Below, in pieces: positions 29,989 to 37,885 of a DNA stretch of 64,000 bases; within the stretch, counting starts at the first letter, position 1; every line of letters starts with the position of its first letter. Under the pieces are notes generated by a model, which did no database searches, was not told the origin of the DNA, and saw only the letters and a program-made list of their open reading frames with translations. The stretch lies in the sequence record DRR378314_95; one strand, written 5' to 3'. The position numbers were made by a program, and so were the translations under genes.

Positions 29989-31501
29989 TGACGAGCGCCT
30001 TTCGATCCTCGTTCAGCCATTCTTCCAACAGACTGGCTGTCTCATCCTGACGCTCTCGTGTATAGCTCTTGAGATACTCCAGCGCGTCGACGGATTCAGT
30101 CGTCAGCACACCCGATCCATCGACCGCCGGGTCCGCCGTCGTATCGAGGACTGAAGCCGGCCTTTGGGACAGGAGAGGACGCACCACACCGAATCCAAGC
30201 ACGATAACCACAATTCCGAGCAGTATGGCCTGAAGTCCAGACCAGAAATAGCGCTCGGTCAAAGTCTCGACGAGACTCGGCGCGGGTGTGAGTTCCTCAA
30301 CTTCGATTTCCTGAAACGGCATCAACTCTACCGTCAAAGAATCTCCGCGATCTGCGCTTAGGCCAGCTCCCGACAAGATCAGTTGTTCGAAATCAGACAC
30401 CAGACTGCGCATGAGCGGCGCAGAGTCCTCCGCATTCGCATCAAAGCCGAGGACCTGTTCGTTCAAAAGAACAGCCACAGAGATGCGCTCGATCTCGCCG
30501 GGCAGTGTTTCAGTTTCCCGGCGGGTCTCATTCACATCGTATACGACACTCTCGGTCGAGTTCTTGAGAGTGCTTGAGCCTCCAGCCTGCCCACCTGCGC
30601 CCTGCGGCAGATTACTGGCAACGGTAACCCCAGCCGATCCGCCTCCGCTCGCTTCGCTGACATCATTCGTAGTCCGATTCCGGATCACCCGTGAGCTTGG
30701 GTCATAGACAATTTCGGACACGCGCTGGCGCTGGCGATTGACATCGACAGATACCGAGACACGCGCATTACCAGGCCCGACGCGCGCCTCAAGAAGGCGA
30801 AGAATCTTTTGTTCGAGACGGGTAGACTGGGATTCTGCAACAATCGCCGGTTCTTCCATCCGGTCTACATTGGGGCCCGCAAGAAGGCCACGCTTGGGAT
30901 CAATGATGGCAACATCTGCGGGGTCCAGACCAGACACAGCCAGCGCCACAAGGTATTGGATGGCTTCGGCCTGGCTGGCGCTGACCTTGCTGTTGGAGAC
31001 AAGCGTTACAGATGCTGTTTGCGGCGGCCCAGAACGTGAGAAACCTGAGCGCAAGCTGGCGCCGATGTGTACCCGCGCGGATGAGACGCCGGGAATGGCA
31101 AGAATGGTTCGCGTGAGCTCACCTTCCTTGGCCCGCCAATAGGCGGCGTTATACATTTCCGATGTGATGGAAAATCCATTCACATCATCTAGCAATTCAT
31201 AGCCCTGCACCGATTGTTGTGGCAGGCCATCCTTTGCAAGCGAGAAGCGAACCGAGTCGCGTTCCGACTGCGGAATGAAGATCGCCTCACCCCGAAGCTC
31301 ATAATCAACGCCGCGCTTTTCGAGCTCTGCAATCACTTCGCCCGTGTGCATCGGATCAAGGCCGGAATACAATAGTGCCTTCGGCTGCTGGACAGCTCCC
31401 TGCACCATCATTGTCATGGCGATGACAACGCCAGCCACCGAACCGGCAAGCGCCAGTTTCTGCGCGACCGATAGCGCCTTGAGTGTTTCCAGCAATTTCA
31501 T
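29981..31501 (-). CDS. fliF: MS-ring protein FliF
   Basis: LLYSGLD, GLPQQSVQGYELLD, YWRAKEGELTRTI, ARVHI, VASNLP, PGEIERISVAVL. ATG at 31501 chosen; the longer ORF extension overlaps fliL. Confidence 0.95.
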   Translation of the reverse strand: MKLLETLKALSVAQKLALAGSVAGVVIAMTMMVQGAVQQPKALLYSGLDPMHTGEVIAELEKRGVDYELRGEAIFIPQSERDSVRFSLAKDGLPQQSVQGYELLDDVNGFSITSEMYNAAYWRAKEGELTRTILAIPGVSSARVHIGASLRSGFSRSGPPQTASVTLVSNSKVSASQAEAIQYLVALAVSGLDPADVAIIDPKRGLLAGPNVDRMEEPAIVAESQSTRLEQKILRLLEARVGPGNARVSVSVDVNRQRQRVSEIVYDPSSRVIRNRTTNDVSEASGGGSAGVTVASNLPQGAGGQAGGSSTLKNSTESVVYDVNETRRETETLPGEIERISVAVLLNEQVLGFDANAEDSAPLMRSLVSDFEQLILSGAGLSADRGDSLTVELMPFQEIEVEELTPAPSLVETLTERYFWSGLQAILLGIVVIVLGFGVVRPLLSQRPASVLDTTADPAVDGSGVLTTESVDALEYLKSYTRERQDETASLLEEWLNEDRKALVNE

Positions 31502-31562
31502 GGATGCGTACTTCCCGTTTACGACATCGACTCTCGATTTGGTTAATATTTTCCGTGAAATT

Positions 31563-31590
31563 GTTAACGCTTCCTTTACCCGACCCTTAA
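31563..31590. promoter_or_regulatory. Overlapping CtrA-like boxes in the divergent fliF/fliL promoter
   Basis: GTTAA-cgcttcc-TTTA and TTAC-ccgaccc-TTAA. Confidence 0.5.
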
Positions 31591-31628
31591 TATGCGTGAA
31601 CCAGCGGCAAATAGTTTGATCGGGGGCG

Positions 31629-32132
31629 TTGGTGGCTTCGAATCCGGAAAAGGAACCTGGCGACGCCCCGAAGAGCGGCGGCGGACTCGTACCTCTTATT
31701 GTGCTCGCAGTCGTCTGCGCGCTTGGCGCATTTGGCACGGTCTTCATTTTGTCGGGCGGCGACGAGCCGACTGTGCTCGCCTGCGCGGATCACGAGGAAG
31801 GCAGCCCCGCACACGCGCCGTTGGCGATGGACGATTATGTATATGTCGACCTGCAGGAAATTCTCGTGACAATCGGCAACGAACCAGCGACCCGCTACGT
31901 CAAAATCAACATGTCTGTGATTTCCGATAGTGAACACATGGGCGCCGTCAAAAAGGCCGAACCGATGCTGGTCGACGCCTTTGTTGGTTATTTGCGCGCC
32001 CTGACGCTGTCGGACTTCGAATCCGCTGACTTTTATCCCCGAATGCGCGAACAGCTCGCGGTGAGATCTGAAGTTGTCCTTGGCCCGGAGGCGTCGCACG
32101 GCGTCCTCATCACTGAATTCCTGCTGAGGTAA
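31629..32132 (+). CDS. fliL: Basal body-associated protein FliL
   Basis: Single N-terminal TM, YVDLQEILVTI, PMLVDAFVGYLRAL, VLITEFLLR. Confidence 0.9.
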   Translation: MVASNPEKEPGDAPKSGGGLVPLIVLAVVCALGAFGTVFILSGGDEPTVLACADHEEGSPAHAPLAMDDYVYVDLQEILVTIGNEPATRYVKINMSVISDSEHMGAVKKAEPMLVDAFVGYLRALTLSDFESADFYPRMREQLAVRSEVVLGPEASHGVLITEFLLR

Positions 32133-32136
32133 GCCG

Positions 32137-32637
32137 ATGCCCTTCGAGATCTCCGACATCGCCCTGTTTCTGGTTTCCTTTGCCGCATGCCTTTACTGCG
32201 CGCTGCTCAGCCGTCGGCTGAAAGCGCTTCAGAACACTAAGAACGGCCTTGGCGCCACGATCCGGGCAATGTCGGATTCTGTCGCCGCTGTCTCATCTGC
32301 GCGGCACGAAACGCAAGCTCAGGCCGGTGACTTGGCCAACCGGCTCGCCGCGACAATGAAAGAGGCTCAAGAAACTGCGGAAAAGCTGAAAGAGCTAAAG
32401 GCGGCGATGGAAGTGAAAGATCGCGAACTGTCACGTCGCATCCAAGCGGCCGATGCCGACATTCGCAGCACATTGCGAGAAACACTTGAAGCGTCTTCTG
32501 GCAAGATCACTGAAATCACACGGCTGACGAAACGGCTCGAAGCTATCGCTGATCGCACGGCGGCGCGCTTCGACAGTGCAGACTACCTTTTCGATGAAGA
32601 ACAAATGAGCAAGTCCAAACGGGTTTACGAGGGTTGA
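32137..32637 (+). CDS. Membrane-anchored coiled-coil flagellar protein (DUF6468-like)
   Basis: TM followed by YCALLSRRLKALQNTKNGLGATI, lies between fliL and the motE-like gene. Confidence 0.7.
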   Translation: MPFEISDIALFLVSFAACLYCALLSRRLKALQNTKNGLGATIRAMSDSVAAVSSARHETQAQAGDLANRLAATMKEAQETAEKLKELKAAMEVKDRELSRRIQAADADIRSTLRETLEASSGKITEITRLTKRLEAIADRTAARFDSADYLFDEEQMSKSKRVYEG

Positions 32638-32641
32638 AGGA

Positions 32642-33244
32642 ATGAACAGCAAAGGCCGCACTCACGTCCTTCTCACCATTGGCGTCCTGTTCACAATCGC
32701 AGGTGGCACACGCTGGCTGCCGCAGGCTTTCGCGACGACGGATCGCGCCTCAACCGTGAACGACCCGCTCAAGGCGCTCCCGCAGGCCATGACTGTTGAT
32801 GAATCTGATCGCGTCCAGAATGTCTGCCTGACGGGCGACCTTGCCGCCGCGATGGAGCAGGATCAGAAGGACATAGAGCAACGCATCTCCGATTTGAGAC
32901 AAGACGAGATTGATCTGCGTAATCGCAAGCTCGAACTTGCCCAGCAGGCCGAGGATCTCAAGCAGATTCAGGAGCAGCTGGACACCCGTTGGCAGAAAAT
33001 GTCTGATACCGCCAATCAGGACTTGCACCATCTGGCCCAGATGTATGCAGCCATGAAACCTGATCAGGCTGCCGGTATCTTCGATCAGATGGACGCTGGC
33101 TTTGCGGCTGGCTTTCTGCGCCTCATACCAAGCGATCAGGCGGGTCTGATCCTGGCCAATATGGATAATGAAAAGGCCTACATCGTCAGCGTGAAAATCG
33201 CTGCGAAGAATAGCGATCTACGATCGGATTCGATCGCCCCCTAG
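32642..33244 (+). CDS. MotE/FlbB-like protein (MgtE_N-like C-terminal domain)
   Basis: Signal or anchor, coiled coil, LAQMYAAMKPDQAAGIFDQMDAGFAAGFL..AGLILANM. Confidence 0.8.
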   Translation: MNSKGRTHVLLTIGVLFTIAGGTRWLPQAFATTDRASTVNDPLKALPQAMTVDESDRVQNVCLTGDLAAAMEQDQKDIEQRISDLRQDEIDLRNRKLELAQQAEDLKQIQEQLDTRWQKMSDTANQDLHHLAQMYAAMKPDQAAGIFDQMDAGFAAGFLRLIPSDQAGLILANMDNEKAYIVSVKIAAKNSDLRSDSIAP

Positions 33245-33281
33245 CACCTTGGTTTGGGAGGCGAACCAGAGCGGGAACTCA

Positions 33282-34058
33282 CTAACCGGCCTGCTGGTGG
33301 GCCGTCGCACGGCCCAAAGCCCCGTCAATCGCTTCGCGAACACGCCAGATATCGAACGGCTTCGAGATCAGACCATCCGCCTGCGCAGCCTCTTCTGGTG
33401 AGACACGCTCTGGATGCGCAGTGATGTAAACCGTCGGAATGCGCCAACCCACCAAACAGCAGATCTTCTGGACGGCGTCTTTGCCGCTTTCGCTATGATG
33501 CAGCTGAATATCTGAGAGGATCAATTCAAACTGTTTTGAGCGCGCAAGCTCTACAGCTTCGTCCAGCGTGTGAGCGATGCCAGCCACGTGGTGTCCGGAC
33601 TGCTCAACCAATACCCCCAACAACTCTGCCATATGCGGCTCATCTTCGATGATCAGCACGCCTGTGCACCGCGCGGCGGAAACTATGGGCCGAACACGGT
33701 TGAGAACATACTCGACGGTTCCGAGGCTTATCCCGGTAATTCGCGCGACCTGGCACGGTTCAAACCGGCCAATCGCCGTAAGCAACAGGCATCTTCGCTC
33801 ATAAAGGGTCAGCCCCCGCAACGTTTCCAATGCCGCTCCGCCATCGCTCATCGCCTGCAGGTGGTTCAGCAATCTCGCATCGACCGATTGGAACAAATCC
33901 TCTCGGCTTACTTCCTGGCACTCGGACGTCTCGTCATCGTAAACGAGGTCCTTCAACACATGACCGACGATTTCGTCCCCAGCGACTGTGTCCTCAATGA
34001 GCAAGTGCGCATACGAGCGTAGCGATGGGAGCGCCTCGGATACAGCTTTGAAAATCAA
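33282..34058 (-). CDS. Divergent PhyR-like regulator (sigma-like domain + receiver)
   Basis: LPSLRSYAHLL..GD..V and R.CLLL..GRF..VARITG (sigma-like). Receiver VLIIEDE, ILSDIQL, YITAHPE, ISKPF. TTG at 34058 follows an AGAGGGG RBS. Confidence 0.82.
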   Translation of the reverse strand: MIFKAVSEALPSLRSYAHLLIEDTVAGDEIVGHVLKDLVYDDETSECQEVSREDLFQSVDARLLNHLQAMSDGGAALETLRGLTLYERRCLLLTAIGRFEPCQVARITGISLGTVEYVLNRVRPIVSAARCTGVLIIEDEPHMAELLGVLVEQSGHHVAGIAHTLDEAVELARSKQFELILSDIQLHHSESGKDAVQKICCLVGWRIPTVYITAHPERVSPEEAAQADGLISKPFDIWRVREAIDGALGRATAHQQAG

Positions 34059-34494
34059 GAACGGTCCCCTCTTCTTGATATCGGGCCAAGGTTTGCTCGC
34101 GAGCACTCAGTGCTTGCTTGGCAATTATTTCCGTTAGGAACAATACGCCTCTCGGCAGCTTGCTTCTACTTGAAAGCGCAGCAAAACTGTCAATTGTCCC
34201 TCTTTTTGGCGCATTATATTGCCGAATCTGCCACGCTATCTGGATGTTAACTCTATCAAACAACAATCGATTTCATTCATATTGGTCGCAACGGACGGTT
34301 GGCGAGTCGCGAAGGTATTTCAGACCGGAAATGGTTTGAGCACTTGCTTCGAAAGCACGCGAATCTGAAACTATCCAACAAGATCATACACACTACCTGA
34401 CTTGGGACACTTTGCTTATGTTTCGTCTATGCCAGTCTGGCCGCTCATTTCGTGAGGGGACATTCGGTCAGGCGCAGTCGCCGAGACCACTGAA

Positions 34495-37400
34495 ATGACG
34501 GAACAGCCTCATTCCAGAAACCTGGTCCTGAAGAACGTGACAGGTACCGGCGCGATTCGATCGCTGACCGTTAGAGCGCTCGCTGTTAGTATCCTCGCAT
34601 ATGTGATCGCAGTCGCTGCAATCGAATTCACAAGAGGCGCAGGTCAGATCGCCACAATCTGGCCGATCAATGCCATCTTGATCGCCCTTCTACTGAAAAG
34701 CCATCGCTCCAACTGGCTGTCGCTCCTTGTCGCCACCGGCATGGGCCTGTTCGCCGCGAACTTGACTTCAGGCAATGACATTCCGCGATCCGCCATTCTC
34801 ACTCTCGCGAATCTCGCTGAGATCTGCTGCGTCCTTTACGTTTTTGAGCGCGTGCCTTCCGTTCGCTTCTTCAGTCTGCCGGGAATTTCAGTTCTTGTGG
34901 CAGGGTCGACCATCGGATGCGCGATTTCTGCTGGATTGGCCGCCATTGGTTTACTGGTAACAGGCGAGGCATTCGTCCTGCGCGAAGCATTGAACTGGTT
35001 TTCTGCGGACTTCCTTGGCATTTTGCTATTCGCGCCAATCACCTGGTCTCTTCTGGAGCGCTCTTCGAAGTACGGCACCAGTGCCCCAGACTTTCAGTAT
35101 GTTGCAAAGCTCGGTTTACTTTGCGCAACGACTTTCTTCGTCTTCGCGCAAAGCGCTTATCCATTCCTGTTCCTGGTGCCGCCTGCGCTGGTATTCTTGG
35201 CCTTCAGCCGAGGAGTGAAAGCCGCGGCAGTTGGCCTTCTTATGATCACGGCCATCGCACTCCCCTTTACGCTTGCCGGGTCCGGCCCGCTCGCGCTGAT
35301 GACAGGGGATATGATTGCGCAAATTCTCGCGCTTCAATTGTTCCTAGCGACCAATTCCGTTTTGGGGTTGGCAATCGGCGCAGCAGCATCGGATCGGCGG
35401 CGGTTGATGCGACAAATCCGGAAATCCCGGGCTCGACTAAGAGACAAGTCGCGGGAACAACAGGAAATGCTGGCCAAAGCCCATCTCGCAGAACGCATGG
35501 CCGGCGTTGGGCACTGGACGTTGAATCCCGTCACTCAGGAAGTCGCCTGGTCTCCGGAAGTTTACGCAATTCACGGCGTTACGCCGGAAGAGTTCAATCC
35601 GATGTATGGCGACGCCATTCTATTTTACGCGAAAGAAGATCGTGATCGGATTCGCGACCTCGTCCAACATGCAATTACGGATGCCCAAGGCTGGGAATTC
35701 GAAGCCACACTCATCCGAAAGTCCGATGGTCAGAAGCGGCGTGTGCGGTCTATCGGTGAAATACTGACCGACAGGGAAGGGAACGTTGAGCGCATCTTCG
35801 GTGTATTCAAGGACATCACAGATGAGCAACGGGTGATCGAAGCGCTTGCAAGCAGTGAGGCAAATTATCGGACCATTGCTGACAACTCTACCGACATCAT
35901 TGTTCGCTTCGGTCTGGATGGCATCATTACCTATGCGTCGCCATCATGCGAAATTCTCGGCGTGACTTCTGAAACCGCTATCGGACTGTCAACCATCGAC
36001 TTCACTATCCCGGAAGACAAGGATTTCGCGTCCTCAGTTACGAGGGATTTATTCGAGAACAACTCGGTTGATCCGAGCGTACTCAGGGAATTCCGTGTTC
36101 GAGACAAGGACGGAAACATCATCTGGCTTGAGGGCAATCCGAAGATAATTCGCAGCTCCGATGGGAAGCCAGTAGAAATTATCTCGACCTTCCGCGACAT
36201 TACGGACCGCAAGGAGCGAGAAACAGCACTCGCCGAAGCCAGGGCCGAGGCTGAAGCCGCCGAGAAGGCAAAGGCAGAATTCCTGTCGAATATGAGCCAC
36301 GAGATACGAACGCCTCTGAACGGCATACTGGGATTCACACAATTGCTCAGCCAGTCAGATCTGAATGCTGAGCAAAAACTGTTTGCCCAACGCGCGTTGT
36401 CGGCAGGGGGTATGCTCCGTGATATCGTCAATGACATATTGGACTATTCGAAGATTGAAGCCGGGCGGGTCATTCTCGAAGATCGCCCAGTCAATGTTGC
36501 AAACACGATACAGGAAACCATCGAGATTGTTCTCGCGGGGCGGGAAGGAAAAACCGTTCCCATAACGACTTCGGCCGGTACGATTGCCCTGTATACTGAT
36601 GAGGTTCGACTCAAGCAGATTTTGACCAACCTGCTGAGCAATGCTGCGAAGTTTACAGAATCGGGAAGCATCCACATCAGCGCCCACGTGCTTGAAGATG
36701 CACTGAATCTGACTGTCACCGATACGGGGCCGGGTATACCTGCAGAAAAACTTGAAAGCGTTTTCGAAGGCTTCCGCCAAGCGGACAACAGTATAACGCG
36801 CGTCTATGGTGGCACTGGACTCGGCTTGTCGATCAGCCGGTCGTTGGCACGCCTGATGGGCGGTGAACTCACTCTGGATAGCACAGTGGGCGAAGGAACC
36901 TCAGCGACATTGATCCTGCCATACAAACCAGCGTCCCAAGACGAAATATCGGGACGCGCCACACAAGCGTCACCCGGTCAGACAAAACAGATGCAGATCA
37001 TGGCCGTTGACGATGTGCCGATGAACCTCGAACTGGTGAAACTGGGTCTGAAAAAATTTGGTCACACCGTCGAAGTCTTCCAGTCCGCCCATGAAGCAAT
37101 TGAGGATCTGCGCGCCGGGGGCAATTATGACGTCATTCTCATGGATGTTCAGATGCCGGAACTGGATGGTATGACAGCAACCCGCATGATCCGCGAATTG
37201 GACGAACCGGCCAGAAGCATACCAATCATTGCCCTGACCGCGAATGTGATGCCTGAGCAGATATCCAATTGCCTGGCGGCGGGCATGAACGCTCACGTCG
37301 CTAAGCCAATCGACATCACCGAACTGAATAGCCAAATCGCGGAACTTTGTGATGCTACGGACCCCGCACCGGCGCCAGAACCCGAAAAAGACCCCATAGG

Positions 37401-37680
37401 TGCGCTCACCGACCGATACCGAGAGTATCTCTCAACTGTCCCGGATGAAGTTTCGAAGATCTTCGGCAGTGAAAGTTCAGAGGAAGTGCTACGCGAAATC
37501 CGCCAACTGGCCCATTCGATTGCCGGCAGCGCAGGAAGCTTCGGATTCAAGGAAGTCTCCGACGCAGCCTTCTCGCTGGAATCCGTTGCTTCAAAGCTGG
37601 CGGAAGACGGGAAACCCACGCAAGAACTGGCGGCAGGGCTGAAAAGCTTTCTGCAAGCCACAGAACGGGCTGCCTCGTGA
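34495..37680 (+). CDS. Hybrid histidine kinase MASE1-PAS-PAS-HisKA-HATPase-REC-Hpt
   Basis: Multi-TM N-terminus (IWPINA), two PAS/PAC ending KDIT and RDIT, FLSNMSHEIRTPLNG, GGTGLGL, ILMDVQMPELDG, LAHSIAGSAGSFG. Confidence 0.93.
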   Translation: MTEQPHSRNLVLKNVTGTGAIRSLTVRALAVSILAYVIAVAAIEFTRGAGQIATIWPINAILIALLLKSHRSNWLSLLVATGMGLFAANLTSGNDIPRSAILTLANLAEICCVLYVFERVPSVRFFSLPGISVLVAGSTIGCAISAGLAAIGLLVTGEAFVLREALNWFSADFLGILLFAPITWSLLERSSKYGTSAPDFQYVAKLGLLCATTFFVFAQSAYPFLFLVPPALVFLAFSRGVKAAAVGLLMITAIALPFTLAGSGPLALMTGDMIAQILALQLFLATNSVLGLAIGAAASDRRRLMRQIRKSRARLRDKSREQQEMLAKAHLAERMAGVGHWTLNPVTQEVAWSPEVYAIHGVTPEEFNPMYGDAILFYAKEDRDRIRDLVQHAITDAQGWEFEATLIRKSDGQKRRVRSIGEILTDREGNVERIFGVFKDITDEQRVIEALASSEANYRTIADNSTDIIVRFGLDGIITYASPSCEILGVTSETAIGLSTIDFTIPEDKDFASSVTRDLFENNSVDPSVLREFRVRDKDGNIIWLEGNPKIIRSSDGKPVEIISTFRDITDRKERETALAEARAEAEAAEKAKAEFLSNMSHEIRTPLNGILGFTQLLSQSDLNAEQKLFAQRALSAGGMLRDIVNDILDYSKIEAGRVILEDRPVNVANTIQETIEIVLAGREGKTVPITTSAGTIALYTDEVRLKQILTNLLSNAAKFTESGSIHISAHVLEDALNLTVTDTGPGIPAEKLESVFEGFRQADNSITRVYGGTGLGLSISRSLARLMGGELTLDSTVGEGTSATLILPYKPASQDEISGRATQASPGQTKQMQIMAVDDVPMNLELVKLGLKKFGHTVEVFQSAHEAIEDLRAGGNYDVILMDVQMPELDGMTATRMIRELDEPARSIPIIALTANVMPEQISNCLAAGMNAHVAKPIDITELNSQIAELCDATDPAPAPEPEKDPIGALTDRYREYLSTVPDEVSKIFGSESSEEVLREIRQLAHSIAGSAGSFGFKEVSDAAFSLESVASKLAEDGKPTQELAAGLKSFLQATERAAS

Positions 37681-37832
37681 TTACAATCCTGATGTAGCAC
37701 AAGCGATTTGGGCCGACGCTAACCATACACCCTCGTCAAACATCCGCGAACCTCTAAACGACAGGTTTAATTTTGCCTTGTTCAATCTCGGGTCGGGCTT
37801 GAACATAAGCAGGAAATGCAGTAAGCCATTTC

Positions 37833-37846
37833 TGACACCGGTGTCA
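37833..37846. promoter_or_regulatory. LacI-family operator upstream of the TonB-dependent receptor
   Basis: Perfect palindrome TGACACCGGTGTCA. Confidence 0.8.
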
Positions 37847-37885
37847 TTCCGGTGATAAAAATACCTATCGGGAGGAAAATTCAAT

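Noticed and set aside
31502-31747. 82-aa N-terminal extension of FliF in the ORF track
   Set aside because: It runs through the divergent promoter and into fliL; FliF homology begins at ATG 31501
34137-34161. GGAAC-N16-GCTT as an EcfG promoter for the hybrid kinase
   Set aside because: The -10 element does not match CGTT and it lies more than 300 nt from the start codon
34118-34339. 73-aa ORF in the interval between the PhyR-like gene and the kinase
   Set aside because: TTG start, no recognisable features, and the region is more simply a divergent promoter
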